From a virus: DNA of 64,000 nucleotides. Below are positions 1 through 9,841 of this stretch, piece after piece. The stretch's first letter is position 1. Each line of letters opens with the position of its first letter. Location: IMG/VR virus record IMGVR_UViG_3300002835_000018; one strand, written 5' to 3'. The position numbers and the translations under genes were made by a program. The notes beneath the pieces are model-generated. The model ran no database searches and had not been told where the DNA came from. It was given only the letters and a program-made list of their open reading frames with translations.

Positions 1-827
1 CCATCAGTTGCAAAATTTTTATTTAGTTTAAAAGCATCTGGTGCTAAAACATCGATGTTAAATTTTCTTGCATCTTCAACAAGATCCATTATCTCAAGTT
101 GAGAATCGAGCTTATCCTTTGCGTAATATAACCAACTGCAATAAAACTGAACTGGAAAATGACTTTTTAAATAAGCAGTATCGTATCCAGTTAAACCATA
201 ACAACAACTATGACTTTTATTAAATGAGTACCTTTGACTTTGTTCAATCCAACTAAATATTTCTTCGGCCTGTTTTTCGCTTACAACCTCAACTTTTTTA
301 GCACCTTCAATAAATAATTTTTTACATTTTGCCATTTCACTAGCAAGCTTTTTACCCATAGCCTTTCTTAGCTTATCAGCTTCTTGCAAGGTAAAGCCAG
401 CTACAGACTTAGATAACTCCATAGCCTGTTCTTGAAACACCAATGATCCATATGTTGACTTCAAAATTTCATCAACAACAGGATGATATGACTCAACTGG
501 TTCTTCAAAGTTGGCTCTTTTGCAATAGTGGGCGGTCATACTAATGCCGTTTTCATCTAATGCACGAAGTGTTCCTGGCCTAATCAATGCACCAATGGCA
601 GATAAATGTTCTGCGTTCTTTGGCCTTAGTCGTTTACTCCATTGTTTACCAAGATCTGATTCAAGCTGGAATACGCCTTTTGTGTCACCTCTGGCAAATA
701 AATCCCAAGTTGACTGACAATATGGCAATTTTAATGGATCAACTTCCATTAAGGGTAAAGCACCTTCTATCTTAGATTCTTCAATTATTGGCCAAGAACA
801 ACCACATTCAAACTTATAATATTTCAT
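1..827 (-). CDS. dnaE: DNA polymerase III alpha subunit, C-terminal polypeptide (partial, runs off window)
   Basis: Not in the ORF track. Manual translation from ATG at 827: MKYYKFECGC...TKGVFQLES...LIRPG...YGSLVFQEQAM...ADKLRKAMGKK...YSFNKSH, all DnaE fingers motifs. Confidence 0.93.
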   Translation of the reverse strand, partial: MKYYKFECGCSWPIIEESKIEGALPLMEVDPLKLPYCQSTWDLFARGDTKGVFQLESDLGKQWSKRLRPKNAEHLSAIGALIRPGTLRALDENGISMTAHYCKRANFEEPVESYHPVVDEILKSTYGSLVFQEQAMELSKSVAGFTLQEADKLRKAMGKKLASEMAKCKKLFIEGAKKVEVVSEKQAEEIFSWIEQSQRYSFNKSHSCCYGLTGYDTAYLKSHFPVQFYCSWLYYAKDKLDSQLEIMDLVEDARKFNIDVLAPDAFKLNKNFATD

Positions 828-829
828 AA

Positions 830-1468
830 TTACTTTCTAAATGCATCTTTAAATTTAATCTTTGGAAAAATGCTTCTGTGCAACTTTAAAAAGTGCAAAA
901 TAATATCAGAAGTCTGCAAAACATCGGTTAAAGCATCATGAGCATTAGCCTTAGATAATCCAAAAAAGTCTCTAAGTGTATCCATCTTGTAATTTGGAAC
1001 TACTGTAGTGTTATCAAACCACAACATCATTATTTCATCAAGATCATACATGTTTCTTCTATTTAACAAATTTTGATTTCCGTTTTTATCTACATAACCA
1101 AGCTCTGAGCAAACCCTTTGAAAAATTGGCATGTCAAAATGTCTTATGTTTTTCCCTGCTGGAATTGGTGCAGAAATATTTCCTTTGCCGTTATTAAACA
1201 TAGAAATAAAATCTGAAAGCTTTTTCCAAACAGCATCAATGCTTGGTGCAAGCTTCAATTCTTCTCTTGTCTTTTTATTTATTGCAAGAGCTTCATCTTG
1301 AAGATTGTTAAAATCTCTTGGCTTTATCAATGTTTCAAAAATACCGTCTTTGATTGGTTCAAGAGTTTTTCTATTTATTGCCATAGCTGCAACTTGAATA
1401 ACTTCGCACTTGTTTATATCTAAAGATCCAGTTTCAAAATCAAAAACCATAATTGTATTACTATACAT
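830..1468 (-). CDS. DEDDh 3'-5' exonuclease (DnaQ/epsilon-like)
   Basis: ExoI FDFETG, ExoII NIRHFD, ExoIII AHDALTD; lies between the dnaE halves. Confidence 0.9.
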   Translation of the reverse strand: MYSNTIMVFDFETGSLDINKCEVIQVAAMAINRKTLEPIKDGIFETLIKPRDFNNLQDEALAINKKTREELKLAPSIDAVWKKLSDFISMFNNGKGNISAPIPAGKNIRHFDMPIFQRVCSELGYVDKNGNQNLLNRRNMYDLDEIMMLWFDNTTVVPNYKMDTLRDFFGLSKANAHDALTDVLQTSDIILHFLKLHRSIFPKIKFKDAFRK

Positions 1469-1738
1469 TTATTCCTCATTCTCTGTAAATTGTAAAATAA
1501 TGGATTCTTCTTCATCGGTTGTAATATCTAATTTAAAGTTATTGTCATCAGCAGAATCAAAAAATTCTTTTTCTATAACAAAATCACCGTTGTTTTTTAA
1601 CACAATGGCTTTAAGTATTTTTATAAATTGCAAAGAAAGTTGACTTTTTGAATTTTGACATTCTGATAGAGCTTGAACCAATCCCATTTGTTGAGATACT
1701 AGTTTTGCTATTAATTCAATTTCTTCTTTTTCACTCAT
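1469..1738 (-). CDS. hypothetical acidic protein
   Basis: 89 aa ORF tightly coupled between dnaE-N and the exonuclease. Confidence 0.7.
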   Translation of the reverse strand: MSEKEEIELIAKLVSQQMGLVQALSECQNSKSQLSLQFIKILKAIVLKNNGDFVIEKEFFDSADDNNFKLDITTDEEESIILQFTENEE

Positions 1739-3644
1739 TTTCTTTTCCTTTCAATAAATTTATGCACCCCATTATTTTATCTAAAACTGCAACCCCTAAA
1801 ATATCAAACTTAACTAAACCAATTGATTCAAGATCTGACATTTCAAGACCAGCAATCATTTGCTTATTCTTTTTATCGTAAATCATAGGACATATATCTT
1901 TTAAAGGAGTATGGCTTATGACAATTCCAGCAGCATGTTTTCCTTGGCTACGCTTGGTTCCTTCAAGCCTAATTGCTTGTGCAAACTCTTTTGACAATTT
2001 TCCTGTTATATTACCATGTTCGTCTATCTGACAATAATCTTTAAGCTTTGAAGGAATATTTTCTAGTGCCCAACCAATGATTGACGATTCTCCACCATCT
2101 TCCTTCATTTCTTGAAGCTGTTCAGATATTTCAGCTTCATCAGGTATGTTTTTTGTAATAGCATTACTTTCATCAAAGGAAAAACCGTGTGCCCTCAATA
2201 CATCTTTTAAAGCACCTCTGCCCTGCATCCTACTATATGTTATCATTTGCGAAACATTTTCTTCTTTGTACTTTGATTTAATATAATCAATAACCTTGTC
2301 TCTTTTGGTGATTGGAAAATCACAATCTATATCAGGAAGACTTACATGACCAGGAACATTTCTTCCAGCGTTATAAAAACGCTCAAAAACTAAATTGTGC
2401 TCAATTGGATCTACTTGAGTTATTCCAAGCAAATAAGAAACCATACAACCAGCACCTGATCCACGCCCTCTTCCTGTTAACCATCCTTGTTTTCTAGCCC
2501 AATTACAATAATCTTGAACAATTAAAAAGTAACCTTCAAGACCAGCATCACCTATAACAGAAAGCTCATTTTTAATTCTTCCAACATAATTTTCAAACTT
2601 TGATGAATCTTTTTCTAAATCTGAAAACTTTTCTTTCCAACCGTTTCTACAAAGCTCTCTTAAATAATCGTGTTCATTTTTGCTTTCTGGACATTCAAAA
2701 CTTGGAAGAACCGATTTTTTTGTTAAAGAATAATTCTCGCACATCTCTTCAATCAACAAACAGTTTTTTAATTCTTCTGGTTCATGAAGGGCTAAAATCT
2801 CTTCAGTAGATGGAATGTAATATCTATTTGATTTAAAGAAGCTAGATAATCCAAAATCTTCGTGTTTATCTAAAGATGACCTTACTTTAGAAAGAGTTGT
2901 TTCCATAGATGCACACAAGATTATTCTTTGATCAGAAGCATCCTCTTGTTTAGCGTAATGAGCATCAGGAGTAGCTATTGCCTTAATGCCTGTTTCTTTA
3001 GATAGTTTTCTAAGACATTCAGCAAGGACTACAGAACAATGTAGATTGTCTTTATCGAAAAGCTGTATTTCAATAAAAAAGTTTTCTTTGCCAAAAATGT
3101 CTTGATGCTTAGAACATAATTTTTTAGATTCTTCAAACCAATCGTCTTTAATTAAAGCTCTTGCTTCTTCTGGACTGGCACACTTGTATGCCTCATCTGG
3201 AAAAATGCATCTGGCCAATTGTGTTCCTGGGTGTCCAGAGAATGCTATTAAGTTTTTTGAATATGGTGCAAAATCTTCCAAGCTTAGTCTAGGCTTATAA
3301 TAAAAATAATCTTTATTGTTTGATAAAGATGATAGCTTTATAAGCTCAGACCAGCCAGAAATATTTTTAGCAAGAACACACAAGTGAGAATTTTTAGAAT
3401 TAGTTTTATCATGAATCAAAGCACTTTGACTACATATGTAAAACTCACAACCTAGTATTGGTTTTATTTCTTCTGCAACACATGCTTTATTAAAAGAAAT
3501 AGAGCCAGAAATAGTTCCATGATCAGTAAGAGCTATAGACTTGTGCCCAAGACTTTTAGCTCTTTTTGCCATAGATTCTGGCTTTGTTAAACCATCTAAA
3601 AGACTATAGTGAGAATGACAATGTAATGCTGTCCAATTATTCAT
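1731..3644 (-). CDS. dnaE: DNA polymerase III alpha subunit, N-terminal polypeptide (PHP + palm)
   Basis: HCHSHYSLLDG, TDHG, GRGSGAG, FERF, PDIDCDF, GKHAAG, KFDILG. Confidence 0.95.
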   Translation of the reverse strand: MNNWTALHCHSHYSLLDGLTKPESMAKRAKSLGHKSIALTDHGTISGSISFNKACVAEEIKPILGCEFYICSQSALIHDKTNSKNSHLCVLAKNISGWSELIKLSSLSNNKDYFYYKPRLSLEDFAPYSKNLIAFSGHPGTQLARCIFPDEAYKCASPEEARALIKDDWFEESKKLCSKHQDIFGKENFFIEIQLFDKDNLHCSVVLAECLRKLSKETGIKAIATPDAHYAKQEDASDQRIILCASMETTLSKVRSSLDKHEDFGLSSFFKSNRYYIPSTEEILALHEPEELKNCLLIEEMCENYSLTKKSVLPSFECPESKNEHDYLRELCRNGWKEKFSDLEKDSSKFENYVGRIKNELSVIGDAGLEGYFLIVQDYCNWARKQGWLTGRGRGSGAGCMVSYLLGITQVDPIEHNLVFERFYNAGRNVPGHVSLPDIDCDFPITKRDKVIDYIKSKYKEENVSQMITYSRMQGRGALKDVLRAHGFSFDESNAITKNIPDEAEISEQLQEMKEDGGESSIIGWALENIPSKLKDYCQIDEHGNITGKLSKEFAQAIRLEGTKRSQGKHAAGIVISHTPLKDICPMIYDKKNKQMIAGLEMSDLESIGLVKFDILGVAVLDKIMGCINLLKGKENE

Positions 3645-3661
3645 GTGCTGTTCCTAAAATT

Positions 3662-4360
3662 TTACTTTCTTAAATATTCTTTTACAATTAAACTAGACCA
3701 ATTTTCCCAGTTCTTTTCTTCAACTTTAATAATTTCTTTTTTAACAAAAGAACCTTCTGCCAATGCTTCTTCTTTAACTTTAAAAGTTGAATGATCTTGA
3801 AGATTGACACTATACACAACCCCAAAATGAACAGAGCTTACATCATTTGAGTCATCGTTTATTAATCCGATAAAGTGTGCATTTCTCAAATTGGAAAACT
3901 CAACTTCTTCTTCAATTTCTCTTTTACATGCATTAGTGATAGTTTCACCATTTAGTCCATCGCATGGATTAACATGTCCACCAACACCCAATGACCATAA
4001 ATCATGCAATCTATTTTCAGATCCTTTTTTAGATCTTTGATAACAAAATGTTGAATCTCCACGATTGATCAAACAATATGGTATAACTTGTTTATAAGAT
4101 TTGTCGTTTTCTGCAATATCACGATCAATATAAAACATATTGTCTGTCGAAAGAATTTTATCTCTCAAATTTTTCGCTTCAACTCCAGTAATGAATCCTT
4201 GAAACGAATCATTTTCCAATAATTCATTTTTAAAAACAAGAACCTTTTCACCATTGTATTTAGGTTCATATTTAACAATTTCTGGTGCAGGAGTTGGTGT
4301 TGTTCCAACTTCTTCTTTTTTGTTAGTAAAAACAATGTCTTCCCATCTCCAATCAGCCAT
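3662..4360 (-). CDS. NUDIX-family hydrolase
   Basis: KQVIPY, SLGVGGHVN, REIEEE Nudix box; start moved to ATG 4360 (GGAG upstream). Confidence 0.8.
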   Translation of the reverse strand: MADWRWEDIVFTNKKEEVGTTPTPAPEIVKYEPKYNGEKVLVFKNELLENDSFQGFITGVEAKNLRDKILSTDNMFYIDRDIAENDKSYKQVIPYCLINRGDSTFCYQRSKKGSENRLHDLWSLGVGGHVNPCDGLNGETITNACKREIEEEVEFSNLRNAHFIGLINDDSNDVSSVHFGVVYSVNLQDHSTFKVKEEALAEGSFVKKEIIKVEEKNWENWSSLIVKEYLRK

Positions 4361-5381
4361 TTTGATTCTCCCTATTAGATTGACCACCACCATCGCCATA
4401 AGATTTTACGGTATCTTTTTTGGCATGTTTAACATACGCATTATTAATACCAAGCTGTATTAACTCTTGATGCATATGATCACATATTGATTCATTTTCG
4501 GAATCTTTATGTTTTTCTTTATAGAAACTGCAAAGTCTAATGCATTTCCATTTGTCTTTTCCATAGTCTATTATTCTTGATGGCCTATTGCAATTCTTAA
4601 TTTTTTCAAACTCTTTTTTTATCATTTCTTCAGTTGTTTTTATATCATCTTTTTGAAAACACAAAGAAAATGGTCCACCAGCTTTAACAAAAAATATTGT
4701 CATAATTATCATGTTTTCATTTGGATACAATTCATTTAAGGCATAATGATACAATCTAAGCTGAAAATCATTGTACAAATCATCATAACCCTTCTCTTTT
4801 CCTGTTGACCAATTTTTTCTTTCTCCTGTTTTCCAATCAACATATTCTACTGTTTTTGAATCAACCCTTGTTATTAAGTCCATAGTTCCTTTTATTCGCA
4901 ACTTTCCAGAAATTATTTGCCCATCTGGAAGAAAATAATCATAATTTGCCCAAGGTTTATCAATTTCAATGTCAAAATACTGTTCTGGCATCACAATATT
5001 TCTAGTTAGTGGTGAAAACATGCCATTATTAAATAATAGAACATCCCACAACCACTTAGTGCATTCTTTAAAATCAAGATCTGTCCATTCATGTGTACTT
5101 TTGTTTTTATAATGATTGAAACCAGCCAATATTGCTGTTTCTGGTGACATTTCTGATGTTATAAACTCCATACCTAATTCAGAATCAGAGAACGAAATTG
5201 TTCCATTTTGTAGGCAAAGTTTTTTATTTGCCAACAATTCTAAACCTTTATGTACGACATTACCTTTTTCTGCCTTTTTATTGGAGTCATCTTTAAAGCC
5301 AAGATTATAGGTCAACCAATACTTGTGCTGACACCAAGAGTATGATGATACAGAACTAGACCTTAAGTAAGTTATAATCAC
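4353..5381 (-). CDS. PD-(D/E)XK exonuclease, Cas4/RecB-like
   Basis: N-terminal Cys, GNVVHKGLE, GTMDLI, VDWKTG, QLRLY, C-terminal Cys cluster. Confidence 0.85.
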   Translation of the reverse strand: MIITYLRSSSVSSYSWCQHKYWLTYNLGFKDDSNKKAEKGNVVHKGLELLANKKLCLQNGTISFSDSELGMEFITSEMSPETAILAGFNHYKNKSTHEWTDLDFKECTKWLWDVLLFNNGMFSPLTRNIVMPEQYFDIEIDKPWANYDYFLPDGQIISGKLRIKGTMDLITRVDSKTVEYVDWKTGERKNWSTGKEKGYDDLYNDFQLRLYHYALNELYPNENMIIMTIFFVKAGGPFSLCFQKDDIKTTEEMIKKEFEKIKNCNRPSRIIDYGKDKWKCIRLCSFYKEKHKDSENESICDHMHQELIQLGINNAYVKHAKKDTVKSYGDGGGQSNRENQNG

Positions 5382-6003
5382 TCTTTATCCAATCTAATTT
5401 CTTAAGAATTTTTAAAATTTCTGCTTTTTGTTCTTCTTTTGTCATTTTTTGATTGTCTAAAACAATATCAAATTTTTCACTGTTGTCCAATTCATTTTCG
5501 CTTATATGGTAATCATCTTCAGTGCTTTTTGTTAATCTTATAACAATTCCACCTTTTGCTTTAATGCTATCTATTTCATTTTCAAATCTTGCATCAGTAA
5601 TGAAATTTAATGGACAATGACCATTTCTTATTTCATTAAAACAAGCATTTATATGTATGTCTTTGCACATTCTTCTGGCTATACCAGTTCCAAATTCCTG
5701 CAAAAATTCTCTAGCTGTCATTTTACCTGTTGGGGCTACTTCTTTTCCAATTTTGATTTCTTCGTAGTGTGGAAGATCTTCCCATAAATAATTTGTCAAA
5801 GTTTTTTTATCTTCAAATGATCCAAAGACTTGTTTGTGTCTTAAGCCAAAAAAGTCAATGGCTATTTTTTTCATTGGTTGTGCAAAAGAATAAATGGCTG
5901 ATCTACAACCAAAAAGAGCCACAGAATTAAATGAAAGAAATCCAGCAATAGTATCTTTGCCAGAACCCTTTTTTCCAGAAAACCCAATTATTTTTTGTAT
6001 CAC
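5356..6003 (-). CDS. deoxynucleoside monophosphate kinase
   Basis: GKKGSGKDT P-loop, FAQPMK, REFLQEFGT, ITDARFENE, HISE. Confidence 0.9.
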   Translation of the reverse strand: MIQKIIGFSGKKGSGKDTIAGFLSFNSVALFGCRSAIYSFAQPMKKIAIDFFGLRHKQVFGSFEDKKTLTNYLWEDLPHYEEIKIGKEVAPTGKMTAREFLQEFGTGIARRMCKDIHINACFNEIRNGHCPLNFITDARFENEIDSIKAKGGIVIRLTKSTEDDYHISENELDNSEKFDIVLDNQKMTKEEQKAEILKILKKLDWIKSDYNLLKV

Positions 6004-7115
6004 AGCTTTTCCATAATGGGGAGTAAAAAACTTTTAACATCATCCACACTCATCTCACCAATATCTTTAAAACCATTCGGCAATTTTGGCTTAATTATTT
6101 TGAACATTCTACCAAGAGAAGATTCTATGCTATTTCCAGCTTTTAAACCAGCCTCATCTGAATCAAACAATAGGATTAAATACAAAGCTCCAGATGACTC
6201 TAGTAAAATCTGTTGTGCATCTGTTAAAGATGACCCAAATACAGCTAATGAATTTTTAATTCCAGATTCAGCAATTCTCCAAACATCTCCTGGTCCTTCC
6301 ACCAATATGGCAACGCCAGTTTTTTTAATAGCCTCAATTGCAAAATTATAATTGTATAAATAATCTTTTTTAGAAAAACCTTTATTGTGACACCACTTAG
6401 ACATATGAACATAACCATTGCAACTCGCTTCTTGTTCATGATAATGTTTACATGCTTCACACTTTTTATATTTTGTTCTTCCTGTGAAACCAACTATAAA
6501 TTTTCCATCGGCATCATATACTGGAACAACTACTCTGTCTTTAAATATGCCAACAGAAGAATTAGATTCCCCTATATCATAATTATTTAAACATTCTTCA
6601 GTATAACCCCTAGAAAGATAATATTTAGATGGTATTGATAAGCTTGATCTTACAGAAGTCTTACTCCACTTATCTTGTTTTTCTTTTGTGGTCTTTGTAA
6701 ATGCCGAAGACTCTAATATATTTTTAGTTTTATTTGTAGATAATTTATCATCAATTGAAAAATCGTACAAGCTTTTTATTAAGTACAATGTTTCTGCAAA
6801 TGATGCTATTTTATCTCCAGCTTTTGACCAGTTATATTTACTGTGACTTATTAAACCTCTAATAAAACCAATGCTGTTATTGATAAAGTTTTTTTCACAA
6901 TGGTGCGTGTAGCATATCCAGTTTCCTACATGTGTATTGCCAGATGTAAAAATATTGAATGCGGTTTTATTATCTCCACCATGTATTGGACATGGGCCAG
7001 AAAGATAAGCATCAGTGTAATTTAATTCAATATCGAAGTGGTTTAAAACAACATCTATATTTTTTGAAATTATTTTATTTGCTAATTTAAAATCAATTTG
7101 TTCCTGAGATTTCAT
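6000..7115 (-). CDS. dnaG: DNA primase (DnaG-like)
   Basis: CPIH...C..HC zinc finger, FTGR, TOPRIM VEGPGD and FDSDEAG. Confidence 0.9.
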   Translation of the reverse strand: MKSQEQIDFKLANKIISKNIDVVLNHFDIELNYTDAYLSGPCPIHGGDNKTAFNIFTSGNTHVGNWICYTHHCEKNFINNSIGFIRGLISHSKYNWSKAGDKIASFAETLYLIKSLYDFSIDDKLSTNKTKNILESSAFTKTTKEKQDKWSKTSVRSSLSIPSKYYLSRGYTEECLNNYDIGESNSSVGIFKDRVVVPVYDADGKFIVGFTGRTKYKKCEACKHYHEQEASCNGYVHMSKWCHNKGFSKKDYLYNYNFAIEAIKKTGVAILVEGPGDVWRIAESGIKNSLAVFGSSLTDAQQILLESSGALYLILLFDSDEAGLKAGNSIESSLGRMFKIIKPKLPNGFKDIGEMSVDDVKSFLLPIMEKL

Positions 7116-8556
7116 CTGGTAGTTCCTCTATTTGAAAACCATTATTAATTCTTGTTGATCTAAGTTTATAAAACTCATTTCTAGTTGGACCTTCTGTTAT
7201 TCTTCCATATTCATAATTTCCAGATATATTGATGTAATCACCAGCATCAATACCCTTGCCATGCCTTGCAACAACTGGTATGAGTTTTAAGTTGTATGAA
7301 ATATTATTGTCTGAAACGCTTTCATCTGCCATTTCCTCTTCTGTTTTACGCTTATAGATTGAAAAATTACTACACAACCACAAAATTCTATCAGAGCCTG
7401 ATGCAACATCTGTGTCTTCTCTTGTTATGCCATCTCTGTTTAATTGAGTAAAGGCCAAACAAGCAACCCCATATTGAACCATGAAATTGTGAAGACTCGT
7501 CATTAAAAAACCTAGTGCTTGATATTCAGCAATATTTTTTGATATTGTTCCATCATCCATCAATTTTATATAGTCAAGTATTATCAAACATGGTTTTGCT
7601 TTGCCAAAATCATCTAATCCAACATCTTTTATAACCCATCTTCTAGCAAGACTTAAAACTTCATCAAAGCTTTTTCCAGCAATAGACTTATATTTAAATG
7701 GCATATCTTTTAATGCATTTGAGGCATCGTAGACCCTTTTCTTTTTTGAGGAATCTTTTGAAAAAGATCCATTTTCAATATCTTCGATTTTAATGTTACC
7801 CATACAAGCCAATAGTCTATGCCAATGATCTTTCGCTGTCATTTCAGTATCAAACATTAAGACAGGTATACCTTGTTTAGCAACATTCATTGCAACATTA
7901 TCTGCAAAAAATGATTTGCCTGTTTTCATTCTTGCACCAATTAAATTAACTGTGCCTGGCCTAAGACCGCCTCCAATAGCCCTATCGTAAACTTTAAAAC
8001 CCGATGAAATACCAAGTTGAGATATTGGATTATCTTCTAAAAACTTTACATAATCATCTAAACCTTCAGATATTTCTTTTGGACTTGGGTCTTCTGCATT
8101 TGAAATTTTAAAAGTTTGATCTAATACAGTTGCTTCTGCAAGAGAAACTATTTGTGAAATAGGCTCATCACCTGTCATACCCAATAATTCAGTTGCACAA
8201 TTAGATAAGTTGTATGCTAAGGTCTTAGCAATTTGCATCTTTTTTAATTTTGCTGCTGCTTTTTTAGCATTAACTATTTCAACTGGCAACAATGTTAAAG
8301 ATCTAAGATACTTAGCCTGATCATCTTTTTGAAAAAACTGCTGTATTTTTAAAGAGTTTGCTACAGCTATAATTGATGGTATATCAGCTTTTGAATCTTT
8401 TTCATTTACTATTTTTACCAAACACTTATATATTGCGGATGTTTCATCAGAACTAAAACTGTTCTCATCAACAATATCGCAAATTTCAATATAGCAATCA
8501 TAACCCTTTTGAAAAAGAGCAGCCAATATAACTCTTTCAGATGCAACATCGTTCAT
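7093..8556 (-). CDS. dnaB: replicative DNA helicase
   Basis: GARMKTGKS Walker A, DTEM, ILDYIKL, QLNR. Confidence 0.93.
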   Translation of the reverse strand: MNDVASERVILAALFQKGYDCYIEICDIVDENSFSSDETSAIYKCLVKIVNEKDSKADIPSIIAVANSLKIQQFFQKDDQAKYLRSLTLLPVEIVNAKKAAAKLKKMQIAKTLAYNLSNCATELLGMTGDEPISQIVSLAEATVLDQTFKISNAEDPSPKEISEGLDDYVKFLEDNPISQLGISSGFKVYDRAIGGGLRPGTVNLIGARMKTGKSFFADNVAMNVAKQGIPVLMFDTEMTAKDHWHRLLACMGNIKIEDIENGSFSKDSSKKKRVYDASNALKDMPFKYKSIAGKSFDEVLSLARRWVIKDVGLDDFGKAKPCLIILDYIKLMDDGTISKNIAEYQALGFLMTSLHNFMVQYGVACLAFTQLNRDGITREDTDVASGSDRILWLCSNFSIYKRKTEEEMADESVSDNNISYNLKLIPVVARHGKGIDAGDYINISGNYEYGRITEGPTRNEFYKLRSTRINNGFQIEELPDEISGTN

Positions 8557-8984
8557 TATCTACTCGAATTTCTAATGCACTTAATGCATGTAAATGGTGC
8601 TGATTCAGAATCAATTGTTCTAAACTTATGTTCTTCTTTTGTTACCTTCATACCGCATCCACACCTAGAACATTTTACATCACAAAAATGATCGCCTTCT
8701 TTGAATGGTTGCCTATAGCTTTTGTTAGAGGTTTTTTGCTCCTTTTCTATGAAGCCCGATTCAAGTGTTAAATCATCAACAAACTTATTGACTGTTGGTG
8801 GAACTAAAGACTTACTGCTGACAGAAGCTTTGTTAGATGAAAAATTAACTTGTTTAGCTGGAGTAGATGGTTGATGCGTTAAAACAACAAATTCTTCATC
8901 ACCAGATAAAATATTTAATGCTTTTGACACTAATGCCCAATCTTTGTTTCCAACTGCTGTTTTCAACATATTAACGAGATTCAT
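8556..8984 (-). CDS. hypothetical protein with C-terminal Zn ribbon
   Basis: CSRC...CIKC; overlaps neighbouring genes. Confidence 0.7.
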   Translation of the reverse strand: MNLVNMLKTAVGNKDWALVSKALNILSGDEEFVVLTHQPSTPAKQVNFSSNKASVSSKSLVPPTVNKFVDDLTLESGFIEKEQKTSNKSYRQPFKEGDHFCDVKCSRCGCGMKVTKEEHKFRTIDSESAPFTCIKCIRNSSR

Positions 8985-9480
8985 TATTTCTCCTTTTTGA
9001 ATAAGCTAAATTTGACAAAGATTCAGCAACTTTTTCAAGTCTAATCGGTAAATATTCAATTCTATCTATTCTTGCTTGTATTAAAGTAGAAAGCTTTTTT
9101 ATTTTTTTTGCATAATCATTATCTTTTATACACAAAGCCATTCTTTCTTCTGCTGAAAAATATCTGTAGTCTGAAAGATTATTTGCTACAACACTTAAAA
9201 TCTTTTCATTGCACCATCTTAATTTTGTTTTTTCTTTGTTTATAACCCTGCTTATATGGAAAGAAAAACTATTAAGTAAAACGCATGACTCTGAACATTG
9301 TTCGCTGCTCATTTTTGATAAATCATCCTGCGATAAGTATAAATACTTTATGCATGTAAATTCTTTATCAGAAGGAATTGGTGTTAAGCCAATGGTCAAT
9401 TCATATTTTTCTAAAGCAATATCGATCTTTTGTTCTTCAGTCAAGTTCAATTCTTGATTGCCACTGCTCGGTTGATTCAT
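8971..9480 (-). CDS. hypothetical helical protein
   Basis: Coupled ORF in the recA-dnaB block. Confidence 0.65.
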   Translation of the reverse strand: MNQPSSGNQELNLTEEQKIDIALEKYELTIGLTPIPSDKEFTCIKYLYLSQDDLSKMSSEQCSESCVLLNSFSFHISRVINKEKTKLRWCNEKILSVVANNLSDYRYFSAEERMALCIKDNDYAKKIKKLSTLIQARIDRIEYLPIRLEKVAESLSNLAYSKRRNNESR

Positions 9481-9841
9481 TAAATGGTAACTCCACAAGA
9501 ACTATTCCGTTGATTAAACACCATTCTTTCTTCTTATTGTCATTCGCCTTTGATGCCAAAAAGTTTAGCTGTGTTCCATGAAAGAAAGGAACAAATTTGT
9601 AATGCTGTTCCCCATGAACTTCTATGATTTTATTCCTTAATGGCAACCAAAAATCTGCGTACAAATTTCCAGATCCAGGCAAATGAACTTCTTCAAGTAT
9701 TCTATCTACTGGATATAAAGATTTAAGCAACACCCTAGTTCTTATGTGTAACTCCGATCTTTTTCTTTCATCGCTTATGTCTGGCATTTGACCATAAAAT
9801 GACCAAGAGTGCATTCTTCCATCTAAACCTTTTATTTTCAT
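9437..9841 (-). CDS. PD-(D/E)XK endonuclease (DUF559/Vsr-like)
   Basis: ADFWLP...IIEVHGEQHY...DNKKKEWC. Confidence 0.75.
   Translation of the reverse strand: MKIKGLDGRMHSWSFYGQMPDISDERKRSELHIRTRVLLKSLYPVDRILEEVHLPGSGNLYADFWLPLRNKIIEVHGEQHYKFVPFFHGTQLNFLASKANDNKKKEWCLINGIVLVELPFNESTEQWQSRIELD

Noticed and set aside
760-1800. Split intein joining the DnaE halves
   Set aside because: No Cys-initiated Hint N-fragment at the end of dnaE-N, and no HN|C/S/T at the start of dnaE-C
4893-4919. Additional near-matches to the promoter motif (also at 62566)
   Set aside because: The upstream box is CAAA or absent and the sites are intragenic, so they were not counted
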